From the IMG/VR virus record IMGVR_UViG_3300031998_000011, positions 115,397-179,396 of that record: DNA of 64,000 bases; one strand, 5' to 3'. A model generated the notes under the pieces. The model saw nothing but the letters and a program-made list of their open reading frames with translations. It did not search any database and was not told where the DNA came from. This document shows, piece after piece, positions 8,680-18,024 of this stretch. The first letter of the stretch is position 1. Each line of letters starts with the position of its first letter. The position numbers and the translations under genes are program-made. The stretch comes from a virus. Lineage: Duplodnaviria; Caudoviricetes.

Positions 8680-9889
8680 AGGTGCCTATGGCGAGGCACT
8701 TATCTACACAGATTTGGTGGACGACAAGAGCATTGACCAGGTCAAGCTCCTGATGGACCAGCCGTTCGTCAAGGGTCAGCAGGTTCGTATGATGCCAGAT
8801 ATCCACGCGGGTGTCGGCTGTACGATAGGAACCACCATGACCGTAAACGACAAGATCTGTCCAAACCTCGTCGGAGTCGATATCGGGTGCGGGATGCTGG
8901 CCGCGAACATCGGCAAGGTCGATGTTGACTTCGATAAGTTCGACAAAGCGGTTCGCGCCCTGATTCCCAGCGGTATGAATATCCGCAGTTGGGTGTCACC
9001 GGAAATGTTCAGGTACATGGAGATGCTGCGTATCGACACATCGCTATGGTGCAGTGACAGCATTGACGTGGATCGTGCCGAGCTGTCCATGGGAACGCTC
9101 GGAGGCGGCAACCACTTCATCGAGCTCAACCGTGCGCAGAGCAACGATGTTGTATGGATGGTCATACATACTGGCTCCCGGCACCTGGGTCTGGAGGTGG
9201 CGAATTACTATCAGAAGCTCGCCATAAAGGAACTCAAGGGATGCAAGTGGTCCAGTTCGGCAATCATCGAAGAACTGAAGCGCCAGGGCAGGCAGCGCGA
9301 GATACAGGCGACTCTGCAGAAGATGAAAGCGGAGGCGTGCAATATCCCAGATGCGCTGTGCTACCTGGAGCACGAGTCTTTCCAGCACTATATGCATGAT
9401 ATCGAGATTGTGCAGAACTATGCAGAGTTCAATCGCGATTGCATCATGTACACACTGTGCGCTGCAATGGGTTGGAAGCCGCGCTTCTCGTTCCATACCA
9501 AGCACAATTACGTGAGCATATACAGACGCATGCTGCGTAAGGGAGCCGTGTCCGCTGAGTGGGGTGATACGCTTATCATCCCGATGAACATGCGAGATGG
9601 CAGCCTGTTGTGCGAAGGAAAGGGCAACCCGGACTGGAACTACTCGGCGCCGCATGGCGCAGGGCGTGTCATGTCCCGTGTCCAGGCCAGGAACAACATC
9701 GACTTGGGGGACTACGCCCGGACGATGGAGGACGCAGGTATCTGGACTTCTTCGGTCAATCTCGGTACGCTTGATGAAGCGCCACAGGCTTACAAGCCCA
9801 TGGAGAGCATCGTCGAGAATATCCAGGATACTGTGAAGATTCTGGATGTCCTGAAACCGATCTACAACTTCAAAGCATCATCGGAGTGA
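8666..9889 (+). CDS. rtcB: RtcB-family RNA 3'-phosphate/5'-OH ligase
   Basis: MPDIHAG, VGVDIGCGM, GTLGGGNHFIE, HTGSR, HNY, RKGA, SAPHGAGR and DEAPQAYK motifs; AGGAGG RBS before ATG 8666. Confidence 0.95.
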   Translation: MKTVKGAYGEALIYTDLVDDKSIDQVKLLMDQPFVKGQQVRMMPDIHAGVGCTIGTTMTVNDKICPNLVGVDIGCGMLAANIGKVDVDFDKFDKAVRALIPSGMNIRSWVSPEMFRYMEMLRIDTSLWCSDSIDVDRAELSMGTLGGGNHFIELNRAQSNDVVWMVIHTGSRHLGLEVANYYQKLAIKELKGCKWSSSAIIEELKRQGRQREIQATLQKMKAEACNIPDALCYLEHESFQHYMHDIEIVQNYAEFNRDCIMYTLCAAMGWKPRFSFHTKHNYVSIYRRMLRKGAVSAEWGDTLIIPMNMRDGSLLCEGKGNPDWNYSAPHGAGRVMSRVQARNNIDLGDYARTMEDAGIWTSSVNLGTLDEAPQAYKPMESIVENIQDTVKILDVLKPIYNFKASSE

Positions 9890-9895
9890 TGCATG

Positions 9896-9930
9896 GAAGT
9901 CCCTGGCCGGAAGGCCGGGGGCTTCTTTTT
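9896..9930 (+). terminator. Intrinsic terminator ending the early operon
   Basis: GAAGTCCCTGGCC-GGAA-GGCCGGGGGCTTC followed by TTTTT. Confidence 0.9.
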
Positions 9931-10210
9931 ACACTTTAGGTGGACCATACTTGATCAGGCGCTCGATGTCTTTCTTGTCGTAGAACCTGTTGACGTGGCT
10001 GATCTTTATTTCCCGGATCCATCCCTTGTTCACATACCGGCGCAACGTCGGCCGGCTGCATCCAAGCATCCGCAGAGCGGCCAGCGGCCGGATTGTCTCG
10101 CACTCTCTGATATCGAATACGACATCCAGGATCGCCTTGGATTCTGCTTTGGTCACTGTCTTGTCCCATGCGAGAACCCTGCAGATGACCCATTTGGTGA
10201 TATTCTTCAT
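9929..10210 (-). CDS. MerR/excisionase-like HTH DNA-binding protein
   Basis: AALRMLGCSRPTLRRYVNKGWI...RFYDKKDIERL; AAGGAGGTG RBS on the minus strand. Confidence 0.8.
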   Translation of the reverse strand: MKNITKWVICRVLAWDKTVTKAESKAILDVVFDIRECETIRPLAALRMLGCSRPTLRRYVNKGWIREIKISHVNRFYDKKDIERLIKYGPPKV

Positions 10211-10234
10211 AGAGCACCTCCTTATAGTAAGGAA

Positions 10235-10418
10235 GAGCGGTCACACAATGGCGCAAGGCTTCGGGGAAGTTCCCATAGCTCTCACCCGGCAGCGGAAAAC
10301 CATGCCTCTCCCACCAGCGATGTGCGTCTGCAGGGCCGGTCACTGGTCTTCCCAAGAATCCGGCTTCTCCAAACGGATTCAGCCCCAGGCCTGGATGCCT
10401 CCAACTGGGGCTCTTTTG
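10235..10418 (+). ncRNA. Candidate structured small RNA
   Basis: TATAGTAAGGA upstream (10223-10233); hairpin GAATCCG/CGGATTC (10356-10380); terminator AGCCCCAG/CTGGGGCT+CTTTTGTT (10381-10420); no credible + strand CDS. Confidence 0.4.
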
Positions 10419-10490
10419 TTATTCCTCGTAGAACAAGCGGATCAGTTCCTGATAGAACTCGACGGTACCCTGCACATAAGTCTCAATCAT
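10419..10490 (-). CDS. Candidate 23-aa peptide MIETYVQGTVEFYQELIRLFYEE
   Basis: AAGGAGG RBS just upstream on the minus strand (10496-10502). Confidence 0.4.
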   Translation of the reverse strand: MIETYVQGTVEFYQELIRLFYEE

Positions 10491-10553
10491 AGGAGCCTCC
10501 TTGGTATCTGATGTACTGTAAGCAAGAAACACCATAACAAAGAGGACATTCCC

Positions 10554-11132
10554 ATGAAACATACCGACTTCTTCAACATGATAGTCCAGGAAAGCGGCGT
10601 CATCAAGACAGACGACGAAGGCAACAGCGTTTGCACATCCTGTCACGGTACAGGCAAGCATTACGAAGCATCTGTCCAGCATCATAAGAATTGCGCCTTC
10701 ATGAAGGCTGTCAACCAGCTCACGAAACTGATGCCTGACAAAAATGAACTTCAAGTTGAAAATTCGATCACGGTCGGCATGATGCTCCCGTATCTGTCCG
10801 AGATGTGCCCGGAGGAGATTGAGAAGGCGAAGGATCTGGCCGACTGCATGCAGGCTGCCGAGAACCCGGAGCAACGTGCTCATGTTGCAGACTTGGTCAC
10901 GTCCTGGTGCCGGTCGGTGAAACAGGGAATCCTGGCCGCTGTCATCCAGAGCGGTCTGCCGGACAGCAAGGCACTTCTTACGTTCCGCAACTATCTGATC
11001 TTCGAGAAGAGCAACACCAACGAGTCTCTGCGAATCGCCTTGGCGCTGTTGTCGCTGAACAACAACATAGAGGCGCTCCTGCCGACGTTTTATAAGCTGC
11101 TGACAGGCAAGTACCCGAATTACAAGCGCTGA
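10554..11132 (+). CDS. Hypothetical protein with CxxC...H...C putative Zn site
   Basis: GAGGA RBS; CTSCHGTG...HHKNC. Confidence 0.75.
   Translation: MKHTDFFNMIVQESGVIKTDDEGNSVCTSCHGTGKHYEASVQHHKNCAFMKAVNQLTKLMPDKNELQVENSITVGMMLPYLSEMCPEEIEKAKDLADCMQAAENPEQRAHVADLVTSWCRSVKQGILAAVIQSGLPDSKALLTFRNYLIFEKSNTNESLRIALALLSLNNNIEALLPTFYKLLTGKYPNYKR
10741..10764. repeat. Dispersed 23-bp palindrome, degenerate copy
   Basis: AAAATGAACTTCAAGTTGAAAATT; the right 18 nt are identical to 24200-24217. Confidence 0.7.
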
Positions 11133-11141
11133 CGCTGGCAC

Positions 11142-11152
11142 TTCTATAAGAA
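11142..11152 (+). promoter_or_regulatory. Putative late promoter TTCTATAAGAA
   Basis: Identical 11-mer upstream of the tail sheath gene (47480-47490). Confidence 0.55.
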
Positions 11153-11167
11153 TATAGGAGAACTCCA

Positions 11168-13042
11168 ATGCCATCTTATCTTGATTCCCCGCTGATGCGT
11201 GGCGGGCGGATGAATCCGTTCAGGACGTACAGCAACTACATCTACCCGAAGACTATCGACCAGGTTCTTATCTGGGCCGAATGGTTCTGGGAGCGAAACG
11301 CCAAATATCGCACGTGCATCCAGAAGTGCATCTCGTATTTCGTGTCAGGAATCAATGTTGTGCAGATGGACAAGAAGGAAGCAGCCGACTCCCAGGCCGT
11401 CGAATCCCTGCACGACATGCTGATCGACGACTACGACCTGCTGAATCTCATCAACACGGTCGGTGTGGAACTGGCCGCAATGGGGAACGTGTTCGTCTCA
11501 TGCGAACGCCCGATCAGCCGCTGGCTGTTGTGTCCTGACTGTGACTGGATGATGGCGCTGAAACAGCTGACCAAGGGTGTCGAGTTCGATTGGGACGGCA
11601 AGCAGTTCATAGGTACCTGCCCGAAGTGCGGCCACAAGGTCGTCTACAACATCCACGATGATCCGACTACTGACGAGTATGGTCGTAAGGTCCGATTCAT
11701 TTTCCGTGCGCCGCAGGACATGTTCGTCCAGTACAACCGCCTGACAGACTCCTTCCAGTACTTCTACAAGATTCCGGACGACATCAAGAACGCCATCAAG
11801 CGCGGCGAGATGGCTTATCTGCTGAACACTCCGAAGGCGTTCCTGGATGCCGTGCATCAGGACGGCGTGGTCAAGTTCCCTGACGACATGTTCTTCGCGG
11901 CCAGAACCAGAACGCTGACCCCGCTGGATGAACGGTACAAGGGCTGGGGCGTTCCGCTGTTTATGACCAGTTTCGACAACTTCATCAGACTGCAGCATCT
12001 GGACAAATTCAATGAGGCCGTCACGATGGACTACATCGCGCCGGTCCGTATCATCAGTCCGAGACCGCAGAACATCGCGGCATCTATGCATGATCAGAAC
12101 CGTTTGCCCATCGGCGGCGGCCAGTTCATGTCGTTCATCCAGAACGGTATCAAGCGTGTCAAGGACAACCCTACGACCTGGCTGGTCAGCCCGACGCCTG
12201 TCGAGTATCAGCTGATCGGCGGTGAAGCCAAAGAGCTGACACCCGTGGATCTGATGGAATGGTACGTGACCCAGATTCTGTCCGACATGGGTATTCCGCA
12301 GGAGTTCCGCCAGACGACCTTCCAGGTGGTTGCGCCGTCCATGGGCATGCGTATGTTCGAGCGACAGTGGCGTCCGAATACGAAGCCGATGGATGCGTTC
12401 ACACGCTGGGCCGGCGAAAAGATCTGCGACTACGAAAAGATGGCGAATATGCGTGTCACGCTGGACATTACCAGCTTTGTCGAAGACGACATGAACAAGC
12501 AGATGCTGTTCCAGCTGATGACCGGCGGCCAGATCTCCAAGACGAACGTTCTGAAGACACTCGGCGTGGACTTCGAGGAAGACCTCAAGATGCGCATCAA
12601 CGAGATGAAGAAGGAACGCGAGCAGTTCTCCAAGGAAGACAAGGCGCAGCAGGACCAGGAAATGGTCGGTTCTGTGTTCCCGCCGCAGGGAATCGCCGGT
12701 GTCATGCAGGCCCAGGGTGTCATGGATGCTCAGATGGCGGCCATGCAGCCACAGCAGCCGGAACAACCGGCCGGTCCGATGGGTGCGGCTCCTGCACCCG
12801 CGCCAGTTCCGGCCAGTGCTACGGAGGGCGGCGGTCAGCCGCTCGGCAGTGTTTGGGAACAGGGTGCGCAGGAGGCGCAGAGACTCTACAATGCGCCGCC
12901 TAATGTCCGTCGTCAGGAACTGGTCAATATGAAGGCGACCAATCCTGAACTGCATGCGGCTGTCACGCAGCAGCTGCAGAATATGCGCCAGCAGGTAGCA
13001 TCGGATGCTGTTGCGCAGTCTCAGATGCCGCAGCCGCAGTGA
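11168..13042 (+). CDS. Probable portal protein with Zn-ribbon insertion and Pro/Gln-rich tail
   Basis: 624 aa; first gene of the head module; portal-like layout (GWGVPL, ILSDMGIPQEF, ISKTNVLKTLGVDFEE); CPDC...CPKC insertion. Confidence 0.6.
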   Translation: MPSYLDSPLMRGGRMNPFRTYSNYIYPKTIDQVLIWAEWFWERNAKYRTCIQKCISYFVSGINVVQMDKKEAADSQAVESLHDMLIDDYDLLNLINTVGVELAAMGNVFVSCERPISRWLLCPDCDWMMALKQLTKGVEFDWDGKQFIGTCPKCGHKVVYNIHDDPTTDEYGRKVRFIFRAPQDMFVQYNRLTDSFQYFYKIPDDIKNAIKRGEMAYLLNTPKAFLDAVHQDGVVKFPDDMFFAARTRTLTPLDERYKGWGVPLFMTSFDNFIRLQHLDKFNEAVTMDYIAPVRIISPRPQNIAASMHDQNRLPIGGGQFMSFIQNGIKRVKDNPTTWLVSPTPVEYQLIGGEAKELTPVDLMEWYVTQILSDMGIPQEFRQTTFQVVAPSMGMRMFERQWRPNTKPMDAFTRWAGEKICDYEKMANMRVTLDITSFVEDDMNKQMLFQLMTGGQISKTNVLKTLGVDFEEDLKMRINEMKKEREQFSKEDKAQQDQEMVGSVFPPQGIAGVMQAQGVMDAQMAAMQPQQPEQPAGPMGAAPAPAPVPASATEGGGQPLGSVWEQGAQEAQRLYNAPPNVRRQELVNMKATNPELHAAVTQQLQNMRQQVASDAVAQSQMPQPQ

Positions 13043-13050
13043 GGTTCGTC

Positions 13051-15330
13051 ATGACACTGAAAGAACTCATCAAGACGGCCGCAGGCGAACAACTGGGTAA
13101 ACCAAATCAGCCTGTCTGGCAGGGTAACACCAAAATGCCAGAGCAGCAAAAGGTTAATGCGTACGGCTGGACTAACTCTGTTTACACGATGCCTGGTGCC
13201 AATGCCAGCGCAGCGGAGAAACAGGCTTGGTCCAACACTATGCGTGCCGATCTTATGCGCCAGAATCCGAATTTTGATTTCAATGACCCGCAACAGCGCT
13301 GGCAGTGGGATTGGGATGCCGCAAATGAGTTCATCAATGGTTACAGGGAGAGAACTAACGGAAAGTCCGGTTTTAGCTGGATGCCAAGTTTTCAGAATGA
13401 CCAGAGTAAATGGGCGATAAACCCTCTTCGGTGGATCACGTTCTACAAAGATCCATATGAACAGCAGCACAGTCAGGCAAACAGCAATCATCCTGTTATT
13501 TTCAATGCACAGCGCAGCCAGGTACAAGGGGCCCAACAGGATATCAAGCAGGACATCGCGGATATATCTGGTAAGTCGGTAGTTGCTGCATCATGGTCTC
13601 CATATTTCATGCCAGAAGTCATGGACTATCTGTCAGATGGCAGTTTTGGTAACTGGCAGAATGCACGTGACGTGAACATGCTCCGGCAGGAATATGCCGA
13701 TGCTCTGAGAGATGCCGATTATTCACCTGAGCAGATCGCGCAGATGCAGAATGATCTTGGTTACATCACAGGTGGTGATACTGTGCTTGGAAGATCTGCA
13801 AGAGCTGTACAGGACATGGCTCGTGAATGGTTGTTCCGTGGCAGCCTTATTAACTTGGCTACAGCCGGTGGAGGTCAGGCACTCGCAGCTACAAAACCTG
13901 TGCAGGCACTCGCTGCTCTAAAACCCGTGAAGGCGCTTGCTCATGCCTATAATGCTATTGGTGCTCCACTCAACACAGCAAATGCCGGCGCCGTGGGACG
14001 CATTGCAAAGGGCGGTATAAACGGTCTCGCGTCTTTTATACGTAATACAGTTGCAGGTTCTGTTCCTACAGCTGCTGCTTCGTATGGTGTGAGATCCCTT
14101 GCAGATTATGGGGAGAATCATGATGGTACAATTCATGATGTACTCATGACAATGGGTCTGAACACCCAGAGGCAGCAGTCAGCAGCCGCAAATTGGATGT
14201 TTGGTACGGGCGCAGAAGCTGAACGGGACTATGGTCGAGCAATCGCATATACGGAAAACGGTGAAAAGCGTTATTTCGATACACCTGATGGTAGCTCTAC
14301 ATGGCTGCCGATGTTCGACCAGAACGGAAACATAAGTCAGGATCTGAATGATTATCAGTTGTATCAGACATGGGCTGAAAAGAGCAAGCTGGACCCGAAC
14401 GATCCAGAAACACAGAAGAAATATGTACAGTGGTATACCAGAAACGGTACACTGGATTCCACCATTGTATTCACGCCTATGTTCCGAAGCATGTCACCGG
14501 AAGATCAAGTTGAATGCATGAATAACATGCTGAAGAATCGCAAGTTATGGAACTCCAAAGCAGGCGTCACGATTGACGAACTTCTGTCTGGCGATTCTCG
14601 TGCAGATATGTTTGCCAATGCTCTGCGTAACGACAAAGATGGTTCTATGCATCAGTTGTTCCAGGACTTCCTGATGGGTACTGATTCCGAGACTTTTGCC
14701 AAGTTCCTTGGCGCAAATGCAGGTTCTGGGACAGGTTCCGCGAAGAGTGCTAGTATGGACCTTATTTATAAGGAATTAGAGAACGGAATTGTCGGTCGCA
14801 TTGTAAATAATCCAAATGAGGCACCTGGTACGATCAGCGCGTTGCTCAAGCTGAAAATGGCTGAGAACTCTGGTAACATTGACACGAACTCCCAGGGTGC
14901 ACAAGTTGTGAAGAAAGCACTTATGACAGCGCTGGCTGACAAAGACACCATACGTAACATGGATCCGAACAAGCGTATGGAACTTACGGCTATGCTCTAT
15001 CGCTTGAGTAAGACACCGGGAGGCATGGAGTCGCTTGGTGATGACGGTTTGGCTATGGCAAAGCAGATTGAAGAGAATTTGCAAGAGAACCTGTGGAAAA
15101 CTGTCTGGAGCGATCCAATACATAACCTGCCTTTGGTATTCTCCATGATGACTTCTGCCGCAGGTTTTGATGGCATCTCCGAGGCGGCATCAAATCCTTG
15201 GACATTCTGGCTTGGAGCCGCTGCCTTGCTGGCCTGTGGTCTTTTGATTGGCGGTAGTGGTCTGGACGACGATGAAGATGACGAGGAAGACGAGTACGAA
15301 GTCGGTCTTCGCAGGAATCCCTATGCGTGA
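13051..15330 (+). CDS. Large putative internal virion protein with C-terminal TM and acidic tail
   Basis: Starts MTLKELIKTAA; ends FWLGAAALLACGLLIGG-DDDEDDEEDE. Confidence 0.7.
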   Translation: MTLKELIKTAAGEQLGKPNQPVWQGNTKMPEQQKVNAYGWTNSVYTMPGANASAAEKQAWSNTMRADLMRQNPNFDFNDPQQRWQWDWDAANEFINGYRERTNGKSGFSWMPSFQNDQSKWAINPLRWITFYKDPYEQQHSQANSNHPVIFNAQRSQVQGAQQDIKQDIADISGKSVVAASWSPYFMPEVMDYLSDGSFGNWQNARDVNMLRQEYADALRDADYSPEQIAQMQNDLGYITGGDTVLGRSARAVQDMAREWLFRGSLINLATAGGGQALAATKPVQALAALKPVKALAHAYNAIGAPLNTANAGAVGRIAKGGINGLASFIRNTVAGSVPTAAASYGVRSLADYGENHDGTIHDVLMTMGLNTQRQQSAAANWMFGTGAEAERDYGRAIAYTENGEKRYFDTPDGSSTWLPMFDQNGNISQDLNDYQLYQTWAEKSKLDPNDPETQKKYVQWYTRNGTLDSTIVFTPMFRSMSPEDQVECMNNMLKNRKLWNSKAGVTIDELLSGDSRADMFANALRNDKDGSMHQLFQDFLMGTDSETFAKFLGANAGSGTGSAKSASMDLIYKELENGIVGRIVNNPNEAPGTISALLKLKMAENSGNIDTNSQGAQVVKKALMTALADKDTIRNMDPNKRMELTAMLYRLSKTPGGMESLGDDGLAMAKQIEENLQENLWKTVWSDPIHNLPLVFSMMTSAAGFDGISEAASNPWTFWLGAAALLACGLLIGGSGLDDDEDDEEDEYEVGLRRNPYA

Positions 15331-15360
15331 CGCACCGGATTTTATACGAGAGGTAAACAA

Positions 15361-16191
15361 ATGAACGACAATCCGATTTCTCCAGCGCTTCAGACATACA
15401 AAGATGTCACAATCAATCCGGCTGTCAACAGCGCCGCACTTGGCACAATGGCTTTTGGTGCAGGTACGGTTGCCTGGGATCGTCTGATCGAGACAGCAAA
15501 GTCGCTGCTTCGTCGGCCTGTCTCCATGATGTCCGACATGACTCCAGAGGAGTTTGACTGGGAGATGGACGACATCAAGAAGGACAAGAAGCTGCGCTGG
15601 CTGATCCCAGGTGCACTTGGACTTGCTACAGCCGGCGGCAGTCTGGCTGCATCTTACAGACCGAACGAAGAGCACGGCGGACTGCTTGACTGGAACGGAA
15701 AGGCCAAGCCTCTTAATCAGAATGTGTGGCGCGGTTATATCATGCCAGGTTCACAGAATGTCAAGAAGGCATCGTTGGATAAGCTCGCGAACGATATGTT
15801 TGAGTACGGCGGTTATGTTCCAGAGCTTGACTTCAGCCAGATTGTGAACGTGCCCTATACCAAACAGCAGTTTTTCACCAACGACCCATTTCTGCAGAAT
15901 CAGCCTTATGTTCAGAACTTCGGTAAGTCTATCGTAATGGACGCGATGATGCGCAACGGTGCTGTCAATGTTCCTATGGGAATGATCTATGACAGTGCTG
16001 TTGATAAGTTCAAGCTGAAGTTCAGTTCCGGCGGCATCATGAGCACTGTGGCGAATACCATGCTGTCCAATGCGGCAGCTCGTCTGTTCACGACAGCTCT
16101 TGGCGCAGTGACTGGTCTGTCCAAAGAGAATCAGGACAGACTGGTGGAAGCCGGAACATGGGCTGGAGCCATTTCATCTGTCATCAGCTAA
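15361..16191 (+). CDS. Gly/Ala-rich putative membrane-inserting virion protein
   Basis: Hydrophobic Gly-rich segments; internal VKKASLDKLA. Confidence 0.7.
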   Translation: MNDNPISPALQTYKDVTINPAVNSAALGTMAFGAGTVAWDRLIETAKSLLRRPVSMMSDMTPEEFDWEMDDIKKDKKLRWLIPGALGLATAGGSLAASYRPNEEHGGLLDWNGKAKPLNQNVWRGYIMPGSQNVKKASLDKLANDMFEYGGYVPELDFSQIVNVPYTKQQFFTNDPFLQNQPYVQNFGKSIVMDAMMRNGAVNVPMGMIYDSAVDKFKLKFSSGGIMSTVANTMLSNAAARLFTTALGAVTGLSKENQDRLVEAGTWAGAISSVIS

Positions 16192-16201
16192 GGAGACTTT
16201 T

Positions 16202-16543
16202 ATGGATATTCAAACTGTAAAACAGGCGATGGAAAAGCGGGCCGGCGTTGGTCTGATGGCGGTTGCCAAGAGTGTTCTCGGCAGCCTCGGCGCTGGTTCC
16301 GACGCCATGACCAACACAGCCCTGTATCTGCTCGGTGCTGCAGCTCTGGCCGGTGGTGGTATCGGCGCATTTGGTGCTGACATCACGGCACACGGTAAGC
16401 AGGACGAGGATACGGTAAAGAAAGAGTACGAGAACGAGCGTCTGAAAGCGGATGTCGGCTATGTCGCCAGCCGTCTGGAAGACGAGTGGAATCGTTCCAA
16501 GACCGCAACCAAACCGAAAGCCGCGAGAGTTCTGAATGTCTGA
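16202..16543 (+). CDS. Glycine-zipper small protein
   Basis: MDIQTVKQAMEKRA; LLGAAALAGGGIGAFG. Confidence 0.75.
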   Translation: MDIQTVKQAMEKRAGVGLMAVAKSVLGSLGAGSDAMTNTALYLLGAAALAGGGIGAFGADITAHGKQDEDTVKKEYENERLKADVGYVASRLEDEWNRSKTATKPKAARVLNV

Positions 16544-16997
16544 CAACGCCGACGAACCGATCTGCATAAGCGCTGCACAGGCGCGACTGCTCACAGAGGA
16601 TGATCTGCCGGGTCGAGAGAAAGAAGACGAAGGCGATATCAAGCTGAGCAACAGCGACAATCTGTGGGCATACAGATCAGAGCACCAGATACAGGATGTG
16701 CAGGTCAGACAGTCTGACTGGGATCTGCCCATCCCTGATGATGAAACACTGGCCAAGGCTTTCCGCCTGCACTCCGTACCGCATTCCGAGATGTTCTGGA
16801 TGTCACCAGATGACGAAGAGTCTATGGCAAAGTACAACCAGATTCTCCAAGCCGCCTATGACGGAAAGATTATCATAGTAGACGAACAGAAACAATACGA
16901 CCAGAGCAAGGGCAAGTTTTTGGTGTGGCTCCGTTACGACGATGTCGCCTGGGAACTCCACCCGCGCTATGAGTTTATCCGAGAGGAGCGAAAATGA
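16536..16997 (+). CDS. Hypothetical protein
   Basis: 153 aa acidic ORF overlapping both neighbours. Confidence 0.7.
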   Translation: MSDNADEPICISAAQARLLTEDDLPGREKEDEGDIKLSNSDNLWAYRSEHQIQDVQVRQSDWDLPIPDDETLAKAFRLHSVPHSEMFWMSPDDEESMAKYNQILQAAYDGKIIIVDEQKQYDQSKGKFLVWLRYDDVAWELHPRYEFIREERK

Positions 16998-18016
16998 GTG
17001 GTCCAGCCGCAGCGTGGGGTTCCAGCCCACTTGGCTCTTACTGGAATACGGCGAATCCGCTGTCCCAAACCTTCCAGCTTACAGATCGTATCCCGGAAGG
17101 CTGGGTCAAGATGTTCCCAAACACAGAAGGCGGACGTCGTGCTGCCCATATCACATTCAAATCCGGCTTTGATGCTGCGCTTGGTGCAGGACTGATTGCC
17201 CTGTACCGCTATCTGTCGCATGTGAACCGCATGTCGGAACTTGCCAAGAGCGACAATCCGGCGCATGGTATGAAGTCACAGCTGTCCACGACGTTTGCCG
17301 GTTCCCTGAATCCTGAGAAGCAGAAGAAGAAAGCTGCTGTAACTGAACTTGAGCAGCCCAACATCTTCAGCAATGCGAACGTTCTCAGCTCTGCCATTCC
17401 CGTTGGGGCTGTTCTTCTGGCTACCAGCCTGGCGTACAAGGCAACCGATGACTATCTTGACAAGAAGCGCAATAAAGCGCTTGATGATGCTATCCGCAGC
17501 AAGGAGAACATCCTGAAGCGGCTTATCAAGACACGTTCAAGACTCGCCAAGGGTAATGCCACGGATCGCGAGGTTTCCACTGCTCTCGGCAGCATGAATA
17601 ATGATGATATCTACGTGAAGCAGGCCAACATGGAAAAGCATGCCAACTGGCTCACAGAGGCTATCAGTGATGTGAGTCGTGGCGGTATCAATGCTCTTGG
17701 TCTTCTTGGGTGCCTGGTTCTCGGTGCATCGGCGGTCGGCTCTTATTACTACTTCAGCAAGGGCGACGAGAACAACATTCGGTACAGAGCCATGAAGAAA
17801 GGTCTCAAGGAGTACTCCCGTGTGAAGTCCGGATTCACGCCAGTTGCTATCATTCCGACCAAGTCCCGCAAGTTCTTCGCAGAGATCGACGAGGAGACTC
17901 CGCAGCGCAAATCAAAACAGACAGAAGCAGTAACAGAACCGGCGCCTGTGAGTGTCCGGGATGAACAGCCTGTTCTGACTGAAACATATAACAAACCAAT
18001 CTCATTAACATTGTGA
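16994..18016 (+). CDS. Putative membrane-inserting virion protein (three hydrophobic segments)
   Basis: Modules separated by KKKAA and VKQANMEKHA. Confidence 0.7.
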   Translation: MSGPAAAWGSSPLGSYWNTANPLSQTFQLTDRIPEGWVKMFPNTEGGRRAAHITFKSGFDAALGAGLIALYRYLSHVNRMSELAKSDNPAHGMKSQLSTTFAGSLNPEKQKKKAAVTELEQPNIFSNANVLSSAIPVGAVLLATSLAYKATDDYLDKKRNKALDDAIRSKENILKRLIKTRSRLAKGNATDREVSTALGSMNNDDIYVKQANMEKHANWLTEAISDVSRGGINALGLLGCLVLGASAVGSYYYFSKGDENNIRYRAMKKGLKEYSRVKSGFTPVAIIPTKSRKFFAEIDEETPQRKSKQTEAVTEPAPVSVRDEQPVLTETYNKPISLTL

Positions 18017-18024
18017 GGACAATC

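Noticed and set aside
9936-10511. ORFs 9936-10355 (-), 9893-10492 (+) and 9990-10511 (+)
   Set aside because: They overlap the better-supported HTH gene, cross hairpins or a terminator, and lack convincing RBSs.
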